IMG/VR virus record: IMGVR_UViG_3300022752_002570
Span: 17,862 to 81,861 of that record
Origin: a virus
Length of the DNA: 64,000 bases
Strand: one strand, 5' to 3'
Positions 21,490 through 31,001 of this stretch are shown in pieces (the first letter of the stretch is position 1; every line of letters starts with the position of its first letter). A program made the position numbers and the translations under genes. A model generated the notes under the pieces. The model worked only from the letters and a program-made list of their open reading frames with translations, was not told where the DNA came from and searched no databases.

Positions 21490-24400
21490 TTATATGCTCG
21501 TTTTACGTATAAGTTTATCTAAGGGACTTTGACCGCTGGTTAGACTGCCAAACTTCTGCGAGACTGCTCCTTGAATGTTTTGATCTGCAATATTAGGAAA
21601 TCCCGTAAGTCCGGATAGGCTTTCCCGTGCAGAATTAAATCTGTCAGCAGATACCGTACTATCAATCGGCGTACTGGCAGAAATATTTCCTTCACTGTAA
21701 TAAGGATCATAACCTCCATTGTAAGATTCTCCAGGTTCTGGTGCAGTATAATTTGGAGGTATAGGAGGAAGGTTAGCAATTTTTGTACTAGGCAAATAGT
21801 CTAATATGATACCTTGATTGGCTGCTTTTTCTAGATCTAAATTCGGTGGTGTGTTTTTCATTAGATCAGAAATTTGTGAATTAACCTTACCAGTGTAGTT
21901 AGATAATCCAGATAACTTGGCAGCATCAAGCCCTCCTCGTGCGGCAATATTAAAAGGATCTGTAGTAGGCGCAGTTAAGCCTTGAAGTTTCTCGCCTACT
22001 CCTCCTATTAATCTAGATGCGCCTGCACCTAAACTTACAACGTTATCTATCGCTGCGGAACCTATATTTTTCACAGAATCTACAACGTCAGTTAAGGAAC
22101 CAACAGGGTTAGAAAAGTTATTGATATTCAATCCCTGCTTGGCCTCATTAGATGTTAAAAGTTCACTTGGTACAAAGTCTTGTGTTAATTTTACAGGAGC
22201 ATCTATACCTATACCAGTGCCTTGATTGGATTTACTGAGTGCAGATGAAATAACTGAACCTAACAATCCACCCGCCACAACGCCTGCCGCACGTTTAAGA
22301 GGAATATTACCAGTGACCACATTAGCCGCAGCGGCTACGAGAGCAGCACTACCGAGGCTGGTTTTATTTAAGTCAAACAGTCCACTGGTTTTCAATCTCA
22401 TGTTACTGGCTATATCTGATGTAGGTAAAGGTTGACCTATTACCTGCGAAACTATTGGTACAGGAGTAGGTATTATTGATGCGGGATTATTAATAGCGTT
22501 CATTACAAAGCTAGCAGGTGCAGTTCCAGGTGTCTGCACTAATAGACTAGGTTCAGCACCCCCAAGTCCTCCTACTGCTCCTGTAAAGTTGCTAGGTTCA
22601 CCTGGTTCACCAGGTGACGGTGCTCCACGACCTAAGGTTTCTGCTACTGTTTCGGAACTTACACGTTGACTGGTATTTTCGGCTGTGGAGGTATCAGGAA
22701 CAGGCTGTGCAGACGGATTCGGTTTACTGATTAATAGATCATCAGGATCAGTTATCGGAACTTTCTGATCTAATACTTGACCGTTAAATCGCATGACTTC
22801 TAAAACCTGTTTAAAGAAGCCATCTTTAAAACTACTTTTAGCCTTTATTACTCTATAGACACCACTGAACGGAATACGATTTTCATCAAACTGCATCATT
22901 CCTGTATCTGCGTTTATGTCTACAGGATTTCTAAAGTTTATCGTTATTAAAACTTCTGAAAATTGGTATGCGGCTTCTCCGTCTTTGGTTTCGTTTTCAT
23001 TTTTTAAATTAGGATTATAGTTACCCATACCTCCTGTAACAAGATAAAATGGATCTCCTACAATTTCAATCTCACCTTTTAGCAGAGCAGATTTAGAATT
23101 AATAATGGCTTCATGCATGGCTCTGGCCATATTTGAGTAAGGATCATGCCTGGGTTGAAGTGCGTTACCACCTGTTGATTGAACATCTACAGAAGTTGCT
23201 CTTACCGCAGGTAATGGTACAGTATGTTCTTTCTGCTCATTTACAGGGGTTCCTTGTACCTGTACATTACTGTCTCCGCTTTTACTGGCAGTACCTTTAC
23301 TTGACGGTGATTCCTTATTACCCATAGCAGGAGGAACTGCTTCGAAAAATAGATAATTAAAGTCTAATTTAAAATTAAGTACCTCTGTATTAAGTCCAGT
23401 ATAGAGATAATTGTATTCTCTTCGACTAAGTTTCTTTAATTTTTTTTCTTTATATGGTAAACTTCCAAACGGTTGTATTCTACTGATATGAACTTTATAT
23501 GGAGTTACCACATAGGTATACTTTTTATAAGGCTCTTTAGTTATAGGACTAATTTTTTCTAAATTCTCTACTTGGAGATTAACGCTGAAATAATCCATCA
23601 TACCATAGTCGTCAATCTTTTCTTTAACTTGAGTTAATAATTTTTTAACATAGGCACTATCTCTTATAACAGCAGTAATTAAACTATCAACCATTCCTCC
23701 TTCAGGAAATTGCACAACTGTTTTCCCTGGATTATATTTTATAGAGGAAGAACTAGCAGACTTATTTCCCTTGTACCCATTCTTTTTATTACTTTCTTCG
23801 GGTTGAACCATTTTGAATAGATTATTATCTTTGGCAATTTCAACCAATAGCGATCCTGCTATTTCATTTTCAGGATTATCTACAAATCCTAGTGTAGCAT
23901 CTCTAGAGGGAAATTTAATATCGTATATGTCGGTTGGTTCGAAATTATTTGTAAGGAGTCCATTAGGATCTACATCTGGACTAACACTGGCAACCTGTTT
24001 AGTAAGGTTGTCCATAAAATCTTTTAATATTTCTTTAACTGTAGTACCAGCCATTTTTATAGGCTTTTTAAGTCTATTAGGTTCACCGTAGGCTCTATCA
24101 TTTACAGGAATGGCCTGAATTTTATAGCGTGTTCCACGTTCTGTAACTTCAACACCCGCTTTGGTTATAACAATCGGATAGTATCTTACAGAATTAGGTA
24201 TTGGTTCGGGTTCAGGCAAATCCATATCATCAGGATATCCAACAAATTCTAACTTTAGAAGGAACGGAGTATTTTGATAAGTTGTATATCCTGCTGCAAC
24301 CGCGGTAACATGTAATGCTTCTAAGAATCCGTTAATACTGTAAGGTTCTATCACATCAAATGTAATCTTTGTAGGCTTAGACATATTGCCTTCTTCATTG

Positions 24401-24924
24401 GCAACCATTATACTTTCGACATATACGTTTTCAATATACATGTCAAACCTACCGGGACTATTTTTATTAAACCCGCTTATTAGAGCGTTATTATCTGTTT
24501 TAAGTTTTTCTACGTTTTTTATATTATTTTCTGTTACGCCTGAACCAACTGTAGGATCATTTGCTAACACAGTGTCAGATACTGCTGCCGACTGAGCAGA
24601 ACTTAGTTCAGTAGGAGGTGTAACACCTTGGTACCCTTTTCCTCCCGATTTTAAAATAACCAAATCTAATTCACCGGCCCTATACTTAGAGGCATCTTTT
24701 AAATAATCCTTAGGTAAGCCTGCCAGGGTCCAATTATAAGTATAGGATCTATAGAAACTAAGAACATTAGATTCTTGCGTACCTACTACACCAGTTTTAT
24801 CTGTAGATGTATTAAGAAATTGTGTTTTTTGTGCAGATTCTTCTGCCTGCGTTGACGCAGCCTCTAACGACTTTTCCTGACGTTCTATATCTGAATCACT
24901 TTTTTTAGGTGATGCAGTGCTCAT
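21490..24924 (-). CDS. Putative baseplate hub protein (gp27-like) with long low-complexity C-terminus
   Basis: Lies between gp53-like and gp5 genes. EIEIVGDPFYL and FSGVYRVIKAKSSFKDGFFKQVL motifs resemble contractile-tail hub proteins. Confidence 0.6.
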   Translation of the reverse strand: MSTASPKKSDSDIERQEKSLEAASTQAEESAQKTQFLNTSTDKTGVVGTQESNVLSFYRSYTYNWTLAGLPKDYLKDASKYRAGELDLVILKSGGKGYQGVTPPTELSSAQSAAVSDTVLANDPTVGSGVTENNIKNVEKLKTDNNALISGFNKNSPGRFDMYIENVYVESIMVANEEGNMSKPTKITFDVIEPYSINGFLEALHVTAVAAGYTTYQNTPFLLKLEFVGYPDDMDLPEPEPIPNSVRYYPIVITKAGVEVTERGTRYKIQAIPVNDRAYGEPNRLKKPIKMAGTTVKEILKDFMDNLTKQVASVSPDVDPNGLLTNNFEPTDIYDIKFPSRDATLGFVDNPENEIAGSLLVEIAKDNNLFKMVQPEESNKKNGYKGNKSASSSSIKYNPGKTVVQFPEGGMVDSLITAVIRDSAYVKKLLTQVKEKIDDYGMMDYFSVNLQVENLEKISPITKEPYKKYTYVVTPYKVHISRIQPFGSLPYKEKKLKKLSRREYNYLYTGLNTEVLNFKLDFNYLFFEAVPPAMGNKESPSSKGTASKSGDSNVQVQGTPVNEQKEHTVPLPAVRATSVDVQSTGGNALQPRHDPYSNMARAMHEAIINSKSALLKGEIEIVGDPFYLVTGGMGNYNPNLKNENETKDGEAAYQFSEVLITINFRNPVDINADTGMMQFDENRIPFSGVYRVIKAKSSFKDGFFKQVLEVMRFNGQVLDQKVPITDPDDLLISKPNPSAQPVPDTSTAENTSQRVSSETVAETLGRGAPSPGEPGEPSNFTGAVGGLGGAEPSLLVQTPGTAPASFVMNAINNPASIIPTPVPIVSQVIGQPLPTSDIASNMRLKTSGLFDLNKTSLGSAALVAAAANVVTGNIPLKRAAGVVAGGLLGSVISSALSKSNQGTGIGIDAPVKLTQDFVPSELLTSNEAKQGLNINNFSNPVGSLTDVVDSVKNIGSAAIDNVVSLGAGASRLIGGVGEKLQGLTAPTTDPFNIAARGGLDAAKLSGLSNYTGKVNSQISDLMKNTPPNLDLEKAANQGIILDYLPSTKIANLPPIPPNYTAPEPGESYNGGYDPYYSEGNISASTPIDSTVSADRFNSARESLSGLTGFPNIADQNIQGAVSQKFGSLTSGQSPLDKLIRKTSI

Positions 24925-25217
24925 TAAACTTCTCTAACTTTCTTTATGGTTGACATTTTTGGCAGATATATTTTAGTGCCTGCTGTGAAATCAAATACAG
25001 GATCTTTAAGGACCTGCTTGTTTCTAACAGCAAATACCCACCATAAATTAGAATCTTTATAAAGATCATTTGCCAACAAATCGGGTCTGTTTTCGTATAC
25101 CTTGGTTATTTCAAATAAAATATCATCAGTCTCTCTAGGTAAATCAGGAAGATTCAATATATCAAGATAACCATTAACTATAGGAGTGTTATAATATGGA
25201 CTAGAATTACTGTACAT
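24924..25217 (-). CDS. Baseplate wedge protein, gp53/LysM-like
   Basis: RPDLLANDLYKDSNLWWVFAVRN...GTKIYLP pattern of gp53/tail-X LysM proteins; TAATG coupling to both neighbours. Confidence 0.75.
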   Translation of the reverse strand: MYSNSSPYYNTPIVNGYLDILNLPDLPRETDDILFEITKVYENRPDLLANDLYKDSNLWWVFAVRNKQVLKDPVFDFTAGTKIYLPKMSTIKKVREV

Positions 25218-26035
25218 TAGATGTATCCTCTACCTTTAAAGGCATTTCTTAAATAACCTGTTACATTAAATTCTTGCATTTCTGCTCTGCTATACATAGG
25301 CACGCAAACAATGTTAATTGTGCTGGAAACTGGTACAGAAGTAGGTCCATAAGATATACCATCCCCAGGAAATGTAAAATAATCTACATTTTCAGGAAGT
25401 TCTATTCTAAATTGAGATACAGCAACAGGTACATTGTCTAACATCATTTCACCATAGGCATCTAAACGACAAACAGGAGGAGGACTGCCACTGTCCGCAT
25501 CACCAGTAAGACCACCGAATCTCATCTTAGTAAGTGCTTTTAACAAAACCTTTGTACTAACATACACCTTTGCATCTTCGATATTTTGCACTGTAAATTT
25601 TCCATTAATAGATATGTTGCCTATGGAACTATTTTTATAAAAATTTATAGGAAAATTGGAATGTGTAGGTGTTTGGGCTGTGTATTCTGCTTTGACCTCA
25701 TATTGAATTTGTGGGGTATACGGAAAAACAATACCACCTAACTCAACAAGTTCTTGATTCCTGCCGCCCTGTGTTAACTCAGTAAGATATTTTGGTGGGA
25801 CCCTTAACTTAACTCGTAGGTCTTCACCTAGGTTATTGCCAAAAATATCACGTACCAATACTTCCGGAGGCTTTGGACTCTGTGGTTGAGCGCCTTGAGG
25901 TACACCGTTTAATCTAATAGATTCCATTCCTGCGTCAATTCTTGGTCTAGTCGAAACAGCAGATAACACTGATGCATCACCTGTACCTGGAGTTCCGTAA
26001 GAATTATCAGTACTGTCGATGTAATTTTGGCTCAT
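25217..26035 (-). CDS. Putative tail-tube initiator/baseplate protein
   Basis: GIVFPYTPQI...GSPPPVCRLDAYG motifs typical of tube-initiator-like proteins; first gene of the baseplate operon. Confidence 0.55.
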   Translation of the reverse strand: MSQNYIDSTDNSYGTPGTGDASVLSAVSTRPRIDAGMESIRLNGVPQGAQPQSPKPPEVLVRDIFGNNLGEDLRVKLRVPPKYLTELTQGGRNQELVELGGIVFPYTPQIQYEVKAEYTAQTPTHSNFPINFYKNSSIGNISINGKFTVQNIEDAKVYVSTKVLLKALTKMRFGGLTGDADSGSPPPVCRLDAYGEMMLDNVPVAVSQFRIELPENVDYFTFPGDGISYGPTSVPVSSTINIVCVPMYSRAEMQEFNVTGYLRNAFKGRGYI

Positions 26036-26055
26036 ATTGAAATCCTAATAAAACA

Positions 26056-26061
26056 TATTTA
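26056..26061 (-). promoter_or_regulatory. Late promoter TAAATA for the baseplate operon
   Basis: tattta on + strand, 20 nt upstream of the 26035 start; the same hexamer recurs before most structural genes. Confidence 0.6.
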
Positions 26062-26090
26062 ACCAATAAATAAAGCGCCTATCTGCTCGG

Positions 26091-26118
26091 TTGACAACAC
26101 TGATTCCTGTGTTATACT
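26091..26118 (+). promoter_or_regulatory. Host sigma70-type promoter for the late sigma gene
   Basis: TTGACA (26091-96), 16 nt, TATACT (26113-18) with an extended -10 TG; SD AAGGA upstream of ATG 26143. Confidence 0.75.
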
Positions 26119-26142
26119 AACAATAAAGGAAAAAAATATTAT

Positions 26143-27051
26143 ATGACCTCAACTGTAAACCTTGCCGGTAAAAAAGTCAAGTATCTAAATAATAGAGACT
26201 TATTATCGGAAATACACAAAAGTAAATGCAGTTTTTCAAGTTTTAGCAAAAAAGAATACAGCCAACACGACATTATTCTACCTTCTTTGAATAAAATTAA
26301 TATCAGAACTATCGCTCAGGCCAAAAAAAACCGTGCCAAAAGATTAGGCCTCGAAACATTTATGGAGGCAAGAAACTCTGGAGATAAAAAAATTAAACTA
26401 GCGGATTGCACTGTTGACTATAAAACCATATCAAAATTGGATCTTGTTTTTAGAATAATGACATTTGAACATGTGCCATTGGCGCCTGGTAGAAAGAAAA
26501 CTACCAAAACTACAGCAGACAGTCACGACAAAGTAAACTTTCCACCGTTTCAGCATTGGAAATTTGATGATTCAGAAGAACTAGTATGTGTAGGTAAAAG
26601 CCACTGGAAAGGAACTGTAAGTAAAGGAAAATTTTCAAAGGATCACGGGCGCATAACTGAAAATTTAGGTAGAATGTTTTTAAAACTTTCAGAACGTTAT
26701 GCCCATCGTTCAAACTGGAGAGGATATACCTATATCGAAGAAATGAAGGGTCAGGCAATTTTACAATTGAGTCAGATAGGATTACAGTTCGACGAATCCA
26801 AATCAGAAAATCCCTTTGCCTATTACACAGCAGCAGTTACTAATTCATTTACTCGTATTTTAAATATTGAAAAGAAAAATCAAAATATTCGAGACGACAT
26901 GTTAGAAGAAGCAGGACTAACTCCTAGCATGACGCGACAATATCAACACGAATTTTTGGAAGAAACTGCACGTCAAGCCGAACTGTATAAAAATATCAGA
27001 TTACCAAAAAGTGAAGATACTCCGGAAGAAGATGCAGAAGTCGAAGCTTGA
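26143..27051 (+). CDS. gp55: Late-transcription sigma factor, T4 gp55-like
   Basis: YLNNRDLL, SNWRGYTYIEEM, FDESKSENPFAYYT...NSFTRILNIEKK match gp55; upstream of gp47/gp46 as in T4-like phages. Confidence 0.85.
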   Translation: MTSTVNLAGKKVKYLNNRDLLSEIHKSKCSFSSFSKKEYSQHDIILPSLNKINIRTIAQAKKNRAKRLGLETFMEARNSGDKKIKLADCTVDYKTISKLDLVFRIMTFEHVPLAPGRKKTTKTTADSHDKVNFPPFQHWKFDDSEELVCVGKSHWKGTVSKGKFSKDHGRITENLGRMFLKLSERYAHRSNWRGYTYIEEMKGQAILQLSQIGLQFDESKSENPFAYYTAAVTNSFTRILNIEKKNQNIRDDMLEEAGLTPSMTRQYQHEFLEETARQAELYKNIRLPKSEDTPEEDAEVEA

Positions 27052-27076
27052 CTTTGTCTTTTAAGCAGTATAAACT
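27048..27076 (+). promoter_or_regulatory. Host sigma70-type promoter for the gp47-gp46 operon
   Basis: TTGACT (27048-53), 17 nt, TAAACT (27071-76), then SD AGGAG and ATG 27097. Confidence 0.6.
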
Positions 27077-27096
27077 AAACACAGGAGATATTATAT

Positions 27097-28110
27097 ATGA
27101 ACCTTTTTAAAAAGGTAGCCTGTTTTACCGACATACACTTTGGTCTAAAATCAAATTCTACCACACATCTTAAAGACTGTGAAGAATTTGTAGACTGGTT
27201 TATAGACACTGCAAAAAAAGAAGGTTGTGAAACTGCGATCTTTCTAGGTGACTGGAGTCATAATCGCAACAGTCTTAATCTAATAACTCTAGATACCAGT
27301 CTACGTTGTTTAGAAAAACTTGGACAATCATTTGAACAGTTCTTTTGGTTTCCTGGTAACCACGATCTATATTATAAGGACAAACGTGATATACATAGCA
27401 GTGCGTTCGGACGTCACATACCCGGCGTAACTATAGTAGATTCTGTTACCACTCTAGGCAATGTTACATTAGTTCCATGGCTAGTAGGTGATGAATGGCA
27501 GGCAATGAAAAATGTAAAAAGCAAATATGTATTTGGACATTTTGAATTGCCACTATTTTACATGAACGCAATGGTTCAAATGCCAGACACTGGCGAACTG
27601 AGAGCAGAATACTTTAACGGCCCTGATTACGTATTCAGCGGTCATTTTCATAAAAGACAAAGTAGAGGTATAGTACATTACATAGGTAATACTTTCCCGC
27701 ATAATTTCTCAGACACATGGGACGATGAAAGAGGTATGATGACTCTAGAGTGGAGTTGTAAACCTCAATATCATAACTGGCCTAATGCTCCAAAGTACAG
27801 ACATATAAAATTATCTGATCTAATTGATCAAAAAGATACTATAATGAAAAGTAAAATGTATCTTAAGGTAAATTTAGACATTGATATTAGTTTTGAAGAA
27901 GCTAATTTAATCAAAGAAACATTTACCAATGATTATGATATTAGAGAGATCAGTCTTATACAGGATAAAGTTAACCTTGATGGTACCTATGAGGACAATC
28001 CTGATACGCAGTTTGAGTCTGTCGATCAAATTGTTTCGGAACAATTGATTAACCTCGAAGGTGATCAATACGATAAAAAACTCATGCTTGAAATTTACAA
28101 CAATCTATGA
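27097..28110 (+). CDS. gp47: Recombination endonuclease, Mre11/SbcD-like
   Basis: Metallophosphoesterase motifs DIHFG, FLGDW, GNHD, GHF, SGHFH. Confidence 0.92.
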   Translation: MNLFKKVACFTDIHFGLKSNSTTHLKDCEEFVDWFIDTAKKEGCETAIFLGDWSHNRNSLNLITLDTSLRCLEKLGQSFEQFFWFPGNHDLYYKDKRDIHSSAFGRHIPGVTIVDSVTTLGNVTLVPWLVGDEWQAMKNVKSKYVFGHFELPLFYMNAMVQMPDTGELRAEYFNGPDYVFSGHFHKRQSRGIVHYIGNTFPHNFSDTWDDERGMMTLEWSCKPQYHNWPNAPKYRHIKLSDLIDQKDTIMKSKMYLKVNLDIDISFEEANLIKETFTNDYDIREISLIQDKVNLDGTYEDNPDTQFESVDQIVSEQLINLEGDQYDKKLMLEIYNNL

Positions 28111-29891
28111 CATTTCGAATAAAAAATCTAACCGTAAAAAACTTTATGAGCGTGGGTAATCAAACCCAGGCCGTTGATTTTAACAAGGCTAATCTAACTT
28201 TAGTGCTAGGATCTAATCTCGACCTAGGTGGTGATGATACTGGCAGTAGAAACGGTACTGGTAAAACTACTATCATAAATGCTCTCAGTTATGCACTTTA
28301 CGGGCAGGCATTAACTAACATTAGAAAAGAAAATCTTATCAATAAGATAAATGGTAAGAATATGTTGGTCACTGTTGAATTCGAAAAAAATGGTCTCCAA
28401 TATAAAATTGAGCGAGGTCGCAAGCCTAACATACTTAAATTCTTTGTTAATAATCAAGAAATACAAAACACACATAATGAAGATGAAAGCCAAGGAGATA
28501 GCAGAGAGACACAAAAGTATATTGAAGAAATGCTGAACATGAGCCATACCATGTTCAAACATCTGCTAGCCCTTAATACCTATACTGAACCTTTTTTGGC
28601 CATGAAGGCCGCAGATCAAAGAGAAGTTATTGAACAACTTCTAGGTATCACAATCTTATCAACCAAGGCAGAAGCACTCAAGAACGTTGTAAAAGAAACT
28701 CGAGATTCAATACAACAGGAAACCTTTAAAATAGAAAGCATTAAAACTGCTAACGAAAATGTTCAAAAGAGCATTGACAGCCTGCATATCAAAAGTTCTG
28801 CTTGGGAAAATAAACATCAAACTGAATTAGAAAATCTAGGTCGTGCCATTGTTAATCTTGAATCTGTTGATATTGAAGCAGAATTACAGGCACACAAAGA
28901 TCTAGCCATATGGTTAGAGAATGATCGCAAACTGACTCAACTTAGAAAACAAATGGCTACATTAGAAACTGCGGTCATGCAGTCGGCTAAAAGTGTAGAC
29001 AAATATTCTAAAGACTACAACATGCTGATGGGAAAAACGTGTCCGTCATGTAAACAAGGTTTACAAGATCATGACCACGAAGACATGATTAAAGAAGTTT
29101 CAAAGAATCTAGCAGACGCTAGCGAATATGCAGGCAAGGTAACATATGAGTACGGTCTAGTGGTCAATGAAGTTGAAGCAATCGTTAAACAGCCTAGGAA
29201 ACCAGATACCTTTTATGAAACAGAAGCAGAAGCATTAGGTCATAAAAATAATTTAAGTAATCTAGAAAAGGCTCTTATAGAAAAAGACAACGAAGGAAAC
29301 CCTTACCAAGAACAGATTGAAGAACTACAACGCACAGCCATTCAAGAAATTGATTGGACCAAGGTAAATGAACTAACTAGGTTGCGGGATCATCAAGAGT
29401 ATCTATACAAATTATTGACAAATAAAGATAGTTTTATTAGAAAAAAGATTATTGATCAAAATTTAACATATCTTAACAAACGTCTAACATATTATATCGA
29501 TAAACTTGGCTTGCCTCATAAGGTAGTTTTTCAAAATGATCTCAATGTAGAAATCACTCAGTTAGGACAAGAACTAGACTTTGACAATCTAAGTCGAGGT
29601 GAACGTAATAGATTAATTTTATCTATGAGTTTTGCATTTCGAGATGTATGGGAAGGCCTATATCAAAGTATTAATCTATTGTTTATTGATGAACTTGTTG
29701 ATGCAGGTATGGATAGTGCCGGTGTGGAAGCAGCACTAGCAGTTCTAAAGAAAATGAGTAGAGAAAGAAATAAAAATATCTATCTAATTAGTCACAAAGA
29801 TGAACTTGTTGGCCGTGTTAACAATGTTCTTAGGGTGATTAAAGAAAACGGCTTTACCAGTTATTCAAATGATCTAGAGTATGTTGACTGA
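28107..29891 (+). CDS. gp46: Recombination ATPase, Rad50/SbcC-like
   Basis: Walker A NGTGKTT, CPSC zinc hook inside coiled coil, LSRGE signature, Walker B LLFIDE, ISHK; ATGA overlap with gp47. Confidence 0.93.
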   Translation: MTFRIKNLTVKNFMSVGNQTQAVDFNKANLTLVLGSNLDLGGDDTGSRNGTGKTTIINALSYALYGQALTNIRKENLINKINGKNMLVTVEFEKNGLQYKIERGRKPNILKFFVNNQEIQNTHNEDESQGDSRETQKYIEEMLNMSHTMFKHLLALNTYTEPFLAMKAADQREVIEQLLGITILSTKAEALKNVVKETRDSIQQETFKIESIKTANENVQKSIDSLHIKSSAWENKHQTELENLGRAIVNLESVDIEAELQAHKDLAIWLENDRKLTQLRKQMATLETAVMQSAKSVDKYSKDYNMLMGKTCPSCKQGLQDHDHEDMIKEVSKNLADASEYAGKVTYEYGLVVNEVEAIVKQPRKPDTFYETEAEALGHKNNLSNLEKALIEKDNEGNPYQEQIEELQRTAIQEIDWTKVNELTRLRDHQEYLYKLLTNKDSFIRKKIIDQNLTYLNKRLTYYIDKLGLPHKVVFQNDLNVEITQLGQELDFDNLSRGERNRLILSMSFAFRDVWEGLYQSINLLFIDELVDAGMDSAGVEAALAVLKKMSRERNKNIYLISHKDELVGRVNNVLRVIKENGFTSYSNDLEYVD

Positions 29892-30186
29892 AGAATTAGA
29901 AAAATACAATGAAATGTATCGCAAAATGATTGATCATTTAGTGACATTGCATAATGCAAATATTACTTTCCAAAAGTTTCAAGGTAGAGATCGTGCTAAC
30001 GATGTTAAACGACAGTTTAGAGGCATTATGAAATTAAGTCGCGAATTGATAAAGCAATGCAGCAAAGTCAGTCGAGAGGGTTCTGATCGAAGAAAACTTA
30101 TAAGTACTCAAAGGAAAGAAGCCAAACGACTAAGGCAACAACAAAGACAAAAAAATGTGGCTGTATCAGGGGGAAACAATCAATGA
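29881..30186 (+). CDS. Hypothetical basic helical protein (101 aa)
   Basis: ORF overlaps the gp46 stop and the GIY-YIG start, so it is operonic; helical, Arg/Lys-rich C-half. Confidence 0.6.
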   Translation: MLTEELEKYNEMYRKMIDHLVTLHNANITFQKFQGRDRANDVKRQFRGIMKLSRELIKQCSKVSREGSDRRKLISTQRKEAKRLRQQQRQKNVAVSGGNNQ

Positions 30187-30586
30187 ACTACCAGAAACTT
30201 GCGTAGGATTCGTGTATATTATAACTAATACAGTAACAGGCAAGATGTACATAGGCAAAAAACTTAGTAAATTTTCAAAAACAACTTATAAAACTGTTAA
30301 ATTAAAAAACGGCACTAAGAAAAAGAAACGAATTAAATCTAAAATATCCTCAGACTGGCAGACATATTACGGCTCAAACGATCATCTCAATCAAGACGTA
30401 CTAAATTTAGGCACAGATAAATTTGTAAGAGAAATATTATACTTTTGTAATTCAAAGGCAGAATGTTCCTATATTGAGGCACGTGAACAATTTACTCGCA
30501 AAGTACTAGAATCAGACGAATACTATAACGGACAGATATCTGTTCGTGTCCATGGCTCACACATCAAAGGCAAACTAAACGGTTAA
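30155..30586 (+). CDS. Stand-alone GIY-YIG endonuclease (143 aa)
   Basis: GFVYIITNTVTGKMYIGKK, YYGS, catalytic-type E (YIEAREQ) and YYN motifs; Lys-rich insertion; no appended DNA-binding domain. Confidence 0.85.
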   Translation: MWLYQGETINELPETCVGFVYIITNTVTGKMYIGKKLSKFSKTTYKTVKLKNGTKKKKRIKSKISSDWQTYYGSNDHLNQDVLNLGTDKFVREILYFCNSKAECSYIEAREQFTRKVLESDEYYNGQISVRVHGSHIKGKLNG

Positions 30587-31000
30587 CGGCTAGCGCAGGC
30601 TAATATCATGCGCCCTAGACCTGGATCTCAGATCGCAGGGACGGAATGCTCACCGCCGTAGTGAGAACTCAACCACTACCCGAAAGGATGACGATCACTT
30701 AACTGCTGTGATTTGGTTGTTTGAAGTAGAAGGAGCAAAAAGACGCAGAAGTGATTCTGCACGTTCATATGATGAGGTAGTGTTCGTTATATGAGCCGCC
30801 GTTGTAATAAAGCCTGAACGAGTAGGTACCGGACAACCGCCTACGCTAAACTAGTTCTAACACTATGTGACTATGCTACTCAGATGATGCATACCTTTGC
30901 CCGCCCTGGGCAAAGAGTGACCACTTAATCTAGATGATACTAAAAGACAAAAAATGCTTCGAGTCTCGTAGACGAAGAAGCAAACGAACGTAGTTCGTTA
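30584..31000 (+). ncRNA. Candidate large structured non-coding RNA, family not recognised
   Basis: ORF-free, ~46% GC by hand count against AT-rich spacers elsewhere. At least 10 stems, GNRA loops, and a 14-bp stem with four G-U pairs that form only on the + strand. Confidence 0.65.
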
Positions 31001-31001
31001 C

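Noticed and set aside
6319-24595. Many short ORFs inside the baseplate genes
   Set aside because: Fully nested in long, motif-bearing genes on the opposite strand or another frame, with no recognisable domains.
30155-30586. GIY-YIG gene as a mobile homing endonuclease
   Set aside because: It is short, lacks NUMOD/HTH DNA-binding extensions, is embedded in the gp46 operon by overlap and interrupts nothing. It was not called a mobile element, though a T4 EndoII-like host-DNA-degrading role remains possible.
30587-31000. Group I intron, RNase P, tmRNA or tRNA identity for the structured region
   Set aside because: It does not interrupt a gene, since both flanking ORFs look complete. I could not find the group I P7/J8-7 consensus, the RNase P GAGGAAAGUCC motif, tmRNA tRNA-like ends or a T-loop cloverleaf. 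An Infernal search is still needed.
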